From Candidatus Thorarchaeota archaeon (lineage in GTDB: Archaea; Asgardarchaeota; Thorarchaeia; Thorarchaeales; Thorarchaeaceae): a stretch of 25,469 nt of DNA. The number at the start of each line of letters is the position of its first letter. Positions within the stretch are counted from its first letter, which is position 1. The notes under the pieces were generated by a model. The model had not been told where the DNA came from, did not search any database, and saw only the letters and a program-made list of their open reading frames with translations. Of the stretch, positions 17,541-25,469 are shown in pieces. Both the position numbers and the translations under genes were made by a program. The stretch lies in the NCBI GenBank assembly GCA_046758445.1, contig JBHIAE010000041.1, forward strand, positions 1 to 25,469, written 5' to 3'.

Positions 17541-18791
17541 ATGAGGAAAGTGGGGATCTACAAAGAGACAATCGATACACAATGGCTAGGCCGGGGCATC
17601 GTATTCCTCTTCTTCATTCTTGCAGTAGTAGCCACTTTCGTGCCCTCTGAGATGGGGTCCACTCTTTTCGGAGTTGTGGGCGTTTCTATCGTTATTCTTT
17701 CGCTGATATTCTGCCTCCAGTTCTGCGTGTCCCTGGAACCCTTTGAGGAGTTCAATGGACATGCAGCATCAATGACAGCCCGCAAGTTCGATGGATCACC
17801 AGAGGTGCGACGAAGTCTGTATCTGGAGTACGGACCAAAGTGGCAAGAGAGGATAAGTCAAAGAGAATCAGTTCGAGTCTATCGCGGAAGTGTCATGCCC
17901 ACAAGCAGGCCAATTCAACAACGACAACCTAGGCCGAAGATGTCGAAGGTGACTGATGGGATTTGGAATGTAGAACCCGTTGGCAGGGAAAGACAGGTAA
18001 GTGTCCTCCGGGGAGGTGAATTCTTGGGGAACAGACTGAGGTTCAAAGTCAAAGTTCTAAACGAAACTGAGTTCACTGTCACCGATGTCACAATCTGGCT
18101 TATCTCCTATCCAAAGAGGGCGATGACCTTGACCAGTGAAGACCATGTCCGGTTTCCCAAGATTGAACCGGAAGGCTTCAGGTCACCTCATTTCGACCTT
18201 CTTCCGACACAAGATTGTGTGAAGGGTGACATCGTTGCAGGTGTTTCCTATGTTGATGCGAGGGGGCACGCCCGCACCTTGACAACAATGCCCTACGCAA
18301 TTCGGGCGGTGTGCGATTTGCTCAGACCAGAGCGAATCACGCCCGACGAGTTCAAAGAGAGGCTTGTCACCTTGGATTGCAGCGAGGTCGTCATAAAGGT
18401 CGAAGAATGGACCGCTGAAGAAATGTTCGAAAAGGCTCTCAGGATACTGGACGATTCCAATTTCATGGAGGTTGACAGTGACTTTCAGGACCAAGAGGGC
18501 CTGGCTGAAGGTGACATCAAAGGGTGGGCCCGCGGTAAGTATACTAGGAAGAACTTGGCGGTCCAACTTCGAATATCCGGAAGGTCAGGGGAGAGGGGGG
18601 CTTCATGCAAGATATCAGTTTCCGGCGAAGATGAAGCTATGATTCTTCCAGCGATGGAGGAATTCAGGGACAAGTTGAGTACCTGGCTCTGCCCATTTTG
18701 TGCCAGCAAGCTCACTCCTGAAGATGTCAGGGAGCTTCAGAAGGGAGAGCCAATCTCGTGCGGCTTTTGTGGTTCAACCATAGTCCATTAG
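17541..18791 (+). CDS. Membrane-anchored protein: 2 N-terminal TM helices, Ig-like beta-sandwich, alpha/beta platform-like domain, C-terminal Zn ribbon
   Basis: Two hydrophobic segments in residues ~18-62, beta-rich 'LRFKVKVLNETEFTVTDVTI', and terminal CPFC...CGFC. Confidence 0.6.
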   Translation: MRKVGIYKETIDTQWLGRGIVFLFFILAVVATFVPSEMGSTLFGVVGVSIVILSLIFCLQFCVSLEPFEEFNGHAASMTARKFDGSPEVRRSLYLEYGPKWQERISQRESVRVYRGSVMPTSRPIQQRQPRPKMSKVTDGIWNVEPVGRERQVSVLRGGEFLGNRLRFKVKVLNETEFTVTDVTIWLISYPKRAMTLTSEDHVRFPKIEPEGFRSPHFDLLPTQDCVKGDIVAGVSYVDARGHARTLTTMPYAIRAVCDLLRPERITPDEFKERLVTLDCSEVVIKVEEWTAEEMFEKALRILDDSNFMEVDSDFQDQEGLAEGDIKGWARGKYTRKNLAVQLRISGRSGERGASCKISVSGEDEAMILPAMEEFRDKLSTWLCPFCASKLTPEDVRELQKGEPISCGFCGSTIVH

Positions 18792-18835
18792 ACGGGAAAT
18801 GTGAGTAGTGAACTATACAAAGACGCAGATTGATA

Positions 18836-18878
18836 CAAGAAGAAAGAGATAGGAAAAGGAGGATATACCTCCCTTTCC
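18836..18878 (-). terminator. Hairpin plus U-rich tract after the membrane protein gene
   Basis: Minus strand reads GGAAAGGGAGG-TATAT-CCTCCTTTTCC (11-bp stem with one G-U), then TATCTCTTTCTTCTT, about 21 nt after the stop. Confidence 0.6.
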
Positions 18879-18899
18879 GTTGCACTTGTCTATCAGGTT

Positions 18900-19724
18900 T
18901 CATTGAAACTTGTCGGTAATCCTCCACATACCGTAGATGTACAGTATGATCAAGAGGATTGCCCCGAGGTTTGATGCACCCATCGCAACCATGTTGGCGA
19001 AGAAGTCTATGGATGCTGAGAATGTACCTGCTGCCCATGGATTAGTGGCAGCTGCGATTGGCGCATAAGAACCGACGTTGTGGGTGATGCCAAGTAGGAA
19101 GACCAATACCATCAACATGTAGAAGATCTTCGCCAGCTGTCCGAAGTAGCCGCCAATGGTTTCGCCAAGGTACATCTTGAAGATGTTGAACAAACCATAC
19201 AACATGAGTACGACGCCGAATACTACGAATATTCCGCCACCCATGTAGAGAAACTGAGGCATAACATGGTTGATACTGGTAGCACCGATGAAGTTGTCAA
19301 GATTCCACGCAGCATGGAGGCCAGCTGCGAGGATGATGAGCAGGCCTTTGAGGAAATGGAACAGATTCCTAACTAGGTCCCAGTTCGGAACCCTTGGTTC
19401 AAGGAGTGGACCGAGGAAGAACAAGAGACCAACGATAAGGATTAGGGCTGCTGCAGCCGCCTGGGCTGGCTCTACAGCCATCCACAGGCCTCCGTTGATC
19501 AGAATTGAAAGGCCCAGTACGTACCAAGCCATGTTCTCTTCTCCAATTGCATAGTACAGTGGGAACAACAACCCTAGTACAAGCGTGAAGTAATAGATCC
19601 AAATCAAGCCCGGATCCAATGTGAAGAACGCTGATAGGGCGGTCCACGGCATATAGATCAAGAAGAATAGTACCAGTGCGATTGCAGATAGATACTGAAT
19701 TAGTGTCTTGAATTCAATCTCCAA
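18900..19724 (-). CDS. Polytopic membrane protein of unknown function
   Basis: About 8 hydrophobic helices. TTG start preceded by AAGGTG. Confidence 0.75.
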   Translation of the reverse strand: MEIEFKTLIQYLSAIALVLFFLIYMPWTALSAFFTLDPGLIWIYYFTLVLGLLFPLYYAIGEENMAWYVLGLSILINGGLWMAVEPAQAAAAALILIVGLLFFLGPLLEPRVPNWDLVRNLFHFLKGLLIILAAGLHAAWNLDNFIGATSINHVMPQFLYMGGGIFVVFGVVLMLYGLFNIFKMYLGETIGGYFGQLAKIFYMLMVLVFLLGITHNVGSYAPIAAATNPWAAGTFSASIDFFANMVAMGASNLGAILLIILYIYGMWRITDKFQ

Positions 19725-20062
19725 AACTCACACCTTCCGTGGCCCGAAGGCCATCATTAGTTATGAATAGGGCCTATACGGCCATATATGAATACCAATG
19801 CTGTCAAACGGAAGCTCGACAAAAGCCGAATCGATGGCGCCAAATGCACTCTAGCAACTTCATACCGATTCTATCATCTTTGCCTTCCAGCTTCTTCGCC
19901 TCGTGTTTCCCCTTCAGTTAGTCAAAAAGGGAAATATGAGGAATCAGCAGAATGAGCTGTTCACTTCTGGAGTAAAGATGATGAACTCACGAAGATTGTT
20001 AATATACTCAAGAACTCAGGAAACCGTGGGAGTTCTCTGTCATTCAAAGTGAGGACTATTCT

Positions 20063-22840
20063 ATGATGAAGACGTTCCCCGAAGATACTGAGTTCAAGTT
20101 CGCCTGGCGACCTTACCAGGCACGAGTTTTGGGAGAACTTAGTGATTATCTAGGAGACGATCGACTTCATATTGTGGCAGCCCCCGGTTCGGGAAAGACT
20201 GTCCTCGGACTGGAAGTTGTGCGAAGAATCAACCAACCGACACTGGTTCTTGCACCTACGCTTGCAATAAGAAACCAGTGGGTTCAGCGTTTAGTAGAGA
20301 TTTTCCTACCGGAAGAAGAAGATTCGCCGGACTGGATATCACAGGACCTAAGGTTTCCGAGATTCTTCACTGTAACGACCTATCAGGCACTGCATTCCGC
20401 CTATTCTGATAAGCCAGCAGAGCCTGCAGAGGACAGTGAATCTGAGGAGCAGGAACTGGAGAAAGAGGCTGAAGACACTGATGCTCAAGCCTTCATGTGG
20501 TTGGATGACTCAGGGTGCTACAATGTGAACCGACCGATTCCTTCAGTTGTAGAGTCTCTCAAGGCAGCGGGCATAAAGACAGTGGTTGTAGACGAGGCTC
20601 ATCATCTTCGGACAAACTGGTGGAGGTCCCTCACTTCTGTCTTAGAGGGCTTGGAACAGCCAAAGGTGTTGGCGCTTACAGCCACCCCGCCCTTTGATGT
20701 CCCGGCGCATGAGTGGGAAAGGTACGTTGAGCTCTGTGGACCTGTTGACGCACAAGTACCGGTCCCAGAGCTTGTCATTGCAGGCAACCTTTGCCCGCAT
20801 CAAGATCTTGTCGTCTTCTCTGTCCCGTCTGATGCAGAGAGTGAGGAAATCACAAAGTTCCGAAGAGAGGTCGCGAGAATCAAGCGGATACTAGAGAATA
20901 GCGAAGAATTCGCTAATCATCTCTTGGAGCATGATTGGATCAAAGACCCAGAATCGCACATCGAGAGCATTTTGGAGGAACCAGAACTCTTCTCAAGTAT
21001 CCTGGTCTTCTTGAATCACATTGGAGTCGAGGTCCCACTGAGGGTAGTAGAGATAGTGGCAGACTCACCCAGACTAATCCCAAATCTCAACGACGAGTGG
21101 CTGGAAACTCTGCTTACGGGAATTCTGTACCCTCCCGGTATTGAAACGCCTAAGCTTTCCTCATTTCTTGAGGAGATTCGTGACGAGCTGCGTAGGATTG
21201 GAGCTCTGGATAGACGTAGGATTGAGCTCCAAGATGCTAAGACTATAGAGAAAATACTCAAAAGAAGCATCTCGAAATTGTCAAAGATATCTGAGATAGC
21301 CGATTTGGAACTTGAGTCACTCGGCGATGATTTGCGAATGGTAATTCTGACCGACTTCATTCGGAAAGAGTTTCTTCCTAAGAACGATAAAAACGAGCAG
21401 CCTTTAACAAAGATAGGTGTTGTTCCAATCTTTGAAACGATAAGACGAAAGCACTCTCAGAAGGCGAAGATTGGAATCCTTAGCGGCTCGTTGGTGGTTT
21501 TGCCAGAAGCTTCCAGAACTCTACTGCAGAAAGTGCTGAGGGAGAACGACATCAGCCAAAAGGACATTTCTATAAAGCCGCTCGCAAACGACAAAGCATA
21601 TGTCAGATTCGAGATGAGAGGGTCACAAAAGCAGAAGATTGTTCGTGTCATGACCGACCTCTTTGCTGAAGGAGGAGTCAACATCTTGGTGGGCACAAAG
21701 TCCCTTCTTGGAGAAGGGTGGGATGCCCCATCCATCAATTCTCTTGTTATTGCGAGTTTTGTTGGTTCTTATATGTTGTCAAATCAGATGCGTGGACGCG
21801 CAATAAGAACACAAAGAGGAAAACCAGACAAAACATCGAATATCTGGCATCTTGTCTGTGTTGAACCCGATACAGACTACCCCGGAGAAGACTATGAAAC
21901 GATGGTAAGACGATTCAAAGCTTTCGTTGGAGTGTCTTTCGCCGAGCCAGTCATTGAGAATGGACTTGGCCGCCTTGATGTCGGCAAACCTCCGTTCTCC
22001 AAGAGAGATGTAAAGTCGATCAACAATGCCATGTATATCAGAGCTGAGAATAGGGAGTACATGAGGGGCCTGTGGGACGAAGCACTTGCCCGAGGCGAAG
22101 AAGGCATGAGGCTTGTCGAGGATATTCAAGCTCAAAAGATCTATCTCCCGCGGGGATTTGTGTTCAAGAACACGATTTCTGCATTGCTCTGGAATGCGAT
22201 TGCGTGGTCTGCCTACTTCCTTGCCGAATACATGCGGGGAATCGGTGAAGCAATCCAGGGGTTCCCTACACTAGAGGGCCTTCTTCTCATTGTTCTAGTT
22301 GGAGCTATCATTGCTGCGCTTATACTGCTGCCAGGACTTCTCAAGGCATTATGGTTACTCATCAGGAATGGTCCTGTCAAATCGAGCATGAAACAAGTAG
22401 GAACGGCACTTCTGAAGACATTATGTCACATAGGGGAGATCCGAACCAAGTATCATGAGTTGAGAATCGTTGTGGAGGAGCAGGAGTATGGTTTCGTCTA
22501 TTGCCACATCGAGGGAGGACGGAATAGAGAGAAGTCAGTCTACCTAGAGGCTCTACAGGAGATTCTAAACCCAATCGAGAATCCCCGATATCTCCTCGTT
22601 AGACGAACTTGGCTGAGGAGGAAGATTGCAAGAACTGACTATCACGCAGTACCCACAGTTATCGGAACGAAGAAGATGAATGCGGAGTGTTTTGCAGATA
22701 TGTGGAAAAAGCATGTGGGCAGGATGGATCTCGTATACACAAGAACTCGAAAGGGTCGTTCGATTCTTCTCAAAGCGAGAAGTAAATCGCTATCATCTGC
22801 CTTTAGACCCAAGTCCGAGCGAATCACTCGATGGAAATGA
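20063..22840 (+). CDS. SF2 (DEAH, ResIII-like) helicase/ATPase with C-terminal transmembrane hairpin
   Basis: Q motif 'WRPYQ', Walker A 'APGSGKT', 'DEAHH', 'LTATP', 'GEGWD' and 'QMRGRAIR'. SD GTGAGGA. Confidence 0.88.
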   Translation: MMKTFPEDTEFKFAWRPYQARVLGELSDYLGDDRLHIVAAPGSGKTVLGLEVVRRINQPTLVLAPTLAIRNQWVQRLVEIFLPEEEDSPDWISQDLRFPRFFTVTTYQALHSAYSDKPAEPAEDSESEEQELEKEAEDTDAQAFMWLDDSGCYNVNRPIPSVVESLKAAGIKTVVVDEAHHLRTNWWRSLTSVLEGLEQPKVLALTATPPFDVPAHEWERYVELCGPVDAQVPVPELVIAGNLCPHQDLVVFSVPSDAESEEITKFRREVARIKRILENSEEFANHLLEHDWIKDPESHIESILEEPELFSSILVFLNHIGVEVPLRVVEIVADSPRLIPNLNDEWLETLLTGILYPPGIETPKLSSFLEEIRDELRRIGALDRRRIELQDAKTIEKILKRSISKLSKISEIADLELESLGDDLRMVILTDFIRKEFLPKNDKNEQPLTKIGVVPIFETIRRKHSQKAKIGILSGSLVVLPEASRTLLQKVLRENDISQKDISIKPLANDKAYVRFEMRGSQKQKIVRVMTDLFAEGGVNILVGTKSLLGEGWDAPSINSLVIASFVGSYMLSNQMRGRAIRTQRGKPDKTSNIWHLVCVEPDTDYPGEDYETMVRRFKAFVGVSFAEPVIENGLGRLDVGKPPFSKRDVKSINNAMYIRAENREYMRGLWDEALARGEEGMRLVEDIQAQKIYLPRGFVFKNTISALLWNAIAWSAYFLAEYMRGIGEAIQGFPTLEGLLLIVLVGAIIAALILLPGLLKALWLLIRNGPVKSSMKQVGTALLKTLCHIGEIRTKYHELRIVVEEQEYGFVYCHIEGGRNREKSVYLEALQEILNPIENPRYLLVRRTWLRRKIARTDYHAVPTVIGTKKMNAECFADMWKKHVGRMDLVYTRTRKGRSILLKARSKSLSSAFRPKSERITRWK

Positions 22841-22906
22841 ACCAACATTGATACTTGAGGCAGGCGTTGATAGACAGCTTTTAGACGTATGTTGGCGAAA
22901 CATTGA

Positions 22907-24109
22907 GTGGTTACAACCATGGGTATTCGACGCGCGACAATGGATGACTTTCAGGCAATCTCGGACTTGGAAAAGTACGCGTATGATTTGCCGTCGGACT
23001 ACATGGAGATGGCCAAGGACCGATTCTCACTAAGCTACAATGAGCACTTCTTAGTAGAGGAAGAGGGAAGAGTAGTCGCCACGGTGCGCCTTGTTGAGTT
23101 AGAGCAGAATATTCGACAGACTTGGAAGAATATGGGTGGGGTGTCGATGGTTGCGACTGCTCCAGAAGCTCGTAGAAGAGGGCATTACCGTCGTCTGATG
23201 ATCCACATGAATGAGTACATGAACAACGAAGGCTACGCCACAAGCGTACTCTACCCTTTCAAGGACACGTTCTATGCCGCTTTCGGATATGTGAACTGTC
23301 CTCCGATGCTTCGCGTGGTAGCAAATCCCAAACATTTGAAGAGATGGAAGTTACCTCCCAACTACTCTGTCGAACGAATGGTCTATACTGATGCACTAGA
23401 CCACTACAAGGCCATCCAAACGAGGCTGGCAGAAACAACCCACGGTGCAACACGCAGGAGTTCGAGGAGGTGGGAGGAGCTCTCAATCGGCATGAAAGCA
23501 CAAGTGGCGGTTGTGTTCGGACCAGACGGAGGTCCAGAGGGCCTAATGATTCATCGGCATAAAGGTTACCTCGATTTGTATGGTGACGAAGACATGGGCA
23601 AGATGGAGGTCAGGGAATGGTACTGGACGAGCCAAGATGCCAGAAGTGCTCTACTGAATTATGTCTACCTCCACACAGACCAGATTCGCAGAGTAGAGAT
23701 TCCAGTGAATCCCTTCTCAGATGATTACTACCAGTGGATTGAAGGTCGCAATGTAATTGAACTCAAGACAGGGCTCTGTTTCATGGCCCGCTGCGTTAAC
23801 GTCAAAAGGTCTCTTGAGGGCCTACCTGCACCACAGACCGGCGAGGTTACAATTCGAGTCGAGGATTCCCTATGCAACTGGAACAATCAAACGTACCTTT
23901 TGAAGGCCAAGAAAGGCAGTCTTACGGTGAAACCCCTTGAGGAATCGAAGGCAGACACGACGTTGATGATTGAAGGAATCTCAGCGCTAGTATATGGCAC
24001 AATGACGATGGAGGAGCTCGCACCATTTGGATGGATTCAAGGTTACAAGCCAGAAATCCTTCTAGACTGGTTTCCACGGAAGTATACATGGATGTATGAG
24101 CAGTACTAG
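22907..24109 (+). CDS. Eis-like GNAT N-acetyltransferase (tandem GNAT plus SCP2-like domain)
   Basis: 'GGVSMVATAPEARRRG', 'SVLYPF...FYAAFGY', 'FMARCVNV', 'VEDSLCNWN' and 'SALVYG'. Alternative ATG at 22919. Confidence 0.85.
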   Translation: MVTTMGIRRATMDDFQAISDLEKYAYDLPSDYMEMAKDRFSLSYNEHFLVEEEGRVVATVRLVELEQNIRQTWKNMGGVSMVATAPEARRRGHYRRLMIHMNEYMNNEGYATSVLYPFKDTFYAAFGYVNCPPMLRVVANPKHLKRWKLPPNYSVERMVYTDALDHYKAIQTRLAETTHGATRRSSRRWEELSIGMKAQVAVVFGPDGGPEGLMIHRHKGYLDLYGDEDMGKMEVREWYWTSQDARSALLNYVYLHTDQIRRVEIPVNPFSDDYYQWIEGRNVIELKTGLCFMARCVNVKRSLEGLPAPQTGEVTIRVEDSLCNWNNQTYLLKAKKGSLTVKPLEESKADTTLMIEGISALVYGTMTMEELAPFGWIQGYKPEILLDWFPRKYTWMYEQY

Positions 24110-24205
24110 TGCTAAGACTTGAAACTCAACAGGTCAGTCTACGGCACATTCAGGAGGGAATCCGTGTGGAACCAAAAGGGCCCCACGATAGCTAGATTGC
24201 GAAGT

Positions 24206-24883
24206 CTACGCAAACCCACGGCCAGGAACAGAGCCCAACTTCAAGTGTTGATACCTTGGGTCGTCCTTCTTCTCCTTTCCTGTAAGCTCACGCTTGTATC
24301 TGTCGTATTCTGCCTGACAATTCGATTCAAGCTGGAACTTGCTCATCTTGAGCTTGATCTCATTCATCGAAACGGAATCAAGGTCCTTGGATGTCACCAG
24401 GAGGTCTATGTCAGGGATTATCCTAAGCTTCTCCATGGTTTCTTCAAAGAAGCCCCCACCGAGGACAAGCCACATCTCGCCTTCATCATCGAACCAGATA
24501 TCTATGACGTTCCCGACTTTGAAACCGTCCGTGTCAAACACCTTCGCTTTGGAGAGGTCTGACAACTTGACGTCACCAGCTTCAATAGACGTTTCATAAT
24601 GCTTGTCGCAGAGTGTTTCACCATCCACCTTCAGCCTGACTGCATCCTCCTCAACGACATCAATCTGCTCGATGTCAAATACAGGGTCCAAGTCGGGCTT
24701 GACCTTGATGGTCTCAAGAATCTCTTCCACTCTGCCTCCGCCGATTATCATTGATTTTGGGGTCAGATTGGTCCCATCAACACTGATTATGAAGTCTATC
24801 ACATTGCCGAGCGCCTCTCCTTTGGCGTCAATGACTTGCTTCTTTGTCAACCCAGTATACTTCAAGTCGTAACATCGTACCAT
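24206..24883 (-). CDS. Tandem PRC-barrel domain protein
   Basis: Two homologous halves: 'LTKKQVIDAKGEALGNVIDFII' and 'LSKAKVFDTDGFKVGNVIDIWF'. Confidence 0.85.
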   Translation of the reverse strand: MVRCYDLKYTGLTKKQVIDAKGEALGNVIDFIISVDGTNLTPKSMIIGGGRVEEILETIKVKPDLDPVFDIEQIDVVEEDAVRLKVDGETLCDKHYETSIEAGDVKLSDLSKAKVFDTDGFKVGNVIDIWFDDEGEMWLVLGGGFFEETMEKLRIIPDIDLLVTSKDLDSVSMNEIKLKMSKFQLESNCQAEYDRYKRELTGKEKKDDPRYQHLKLGSVPGRGFA

Positions 24884-24974
24884 ATGAGAACCCTCTGATA
24901 TTAACTATAGTGAAGGAATATAAGAGTTCCTACTGAACTGGACAGGCCCATCCGCCATAAAAGCCTTAGCTACA

Positions 24975-24990
24975 GGGAAAGAAAAGAAAA
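24975..24990 (-). terminator. Oligo-T archaeal-type terminator candidate
   Basis: Minus strand TTTTCTTTTCTTTCCC about 100 nt downstream of the stop at 25091. Confidence 0.35.
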
Positions 24991-25090
24991 CAGGGCCAGC
25001 TAGCCGCTTCTTCTTAGACCGCCTCGAAATCCTGCTATTCAGAAGTACTCTGAACAAGTCAGACAGTCATCGTCATCATGGTGCGTTGCT

Positions 25091-25393
25091 TCAGTAGACT
25101 TCACGGGGACTCTGAGTCAGCCTATCTGGAAGCTGGCCGCCCTCACCAAGAACTTCCAGCTCATGATCGCGACCGTATCTTCCACCGTCACTGATCAAGA
25201 AACCCGTCTTCTGGATGCCACGAGCTTGACGTTCGGCTGCCCTTCTAACAATCATGCCGATGTTGGTCGGAACGGACATCACGAGCTTCTTCTGAGCTTC
25301 GTCGATGACGAGAAGGATTGTGTCATCACTCGAGGTCCTTGATGTTTCATGAAACTGAGAATCGTTCTGATTGAACTCCAGGTAGTACGGCAT
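25091..25393 (-). CDS. 100-aa hypothetical protein, possibly single-domain gelsolin-like
   Basis: Start reassigned to ATG 25393 (MPYYLEF) because GGAGG lies upstream and a TATATATT box at ~25443-25450 abuts the longer ORF's ATG. The fold guess comes from the strand/helix pattern only. Confidence 0.5.
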   Translation of the reverse strand: MPYYLEFNQNDSQFHETSRTSSDDTILLVIDEAQKKLVMSVPTNIGMIVRRAAERQARGIQKTGFLISDGGRYGRDHELEVLGEGGQLPDRLTQSPREVY

Positions 25394-25469
25394 CTGGATA
25401 TCTTCCTCCAACAGGGAGTTTGACTCAGACTTCTCGATTTGTAATATATACATTGTTCGCGTAACTATC

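Noticed and set aside
19725-20062. ncRNA or gene remnant in the 338-nt divergent intergenic region (TATGAATA twice, ATAGG-G-CCTAT)
   Set aside because: The repeats are short, there is no supported ORF, and no tRNA or C/D-box structure could be built.
20063-22840. Type III/I restriction-modification system
   Set aside because: No methyltransferase or specificity gene is nearby, and no PD-(D/E)xK or HNH motif was recognised.
1-25469. CRISPR arrays, tRNA/rRNA genes, IS elements, integrases
   Set aside because: No spaced direct repeats, cloverleafs, terminal inverted repeats or transposase/recombinase motifs were seen by eye.

Overview
Archaeal chromosomal segment, by inference from an Asgard archaeon (probably Ca. 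Thorarchaeota). The inference rests on archaeal TATA/SD signals, three ~305-codon double-module Lrp/AsnC paralogs, an 'MKPLGT..' TPR protein, a single-OB SSB and possible eukaryote-like folds. About 19 genes are present. Metabolic genes: AbfD-like 4-hydroxybutyryl-CoA dehydratase, class I aminotransferase with an OCD/AlaDH-family partner, GTP-PEPCK and an aldehyde:ferredoxin oxidoreductase. Others: an SF2 helicase with a transmembrane hairpin, an Eis-like GNAT and a tandem PRC-barrel protein. One Lrp paralog is an in-frame pseudogene with two nonsense codons. The best candidate for a new system is a two-gene cassette at 5655-7920 (minus strand). It has a small gene with a strong TATA and SD whose product carries a nitrile-hydratase-leader (NHLP/Os1348-clan)-like motif. 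Directly downstream is a cobalamin-dependent radical SAM enzyme, so this may be a proteusin-like RiPP module in an Asgard archaeon. Also notable are a membrane-anchored adaptin-appendage-like protein and a possible single-domain gelsolin-like protein. No rRNA, tRNA, CRISPR array or IS element was recognised. All family calls come from motif recognition by eye, not database searches.
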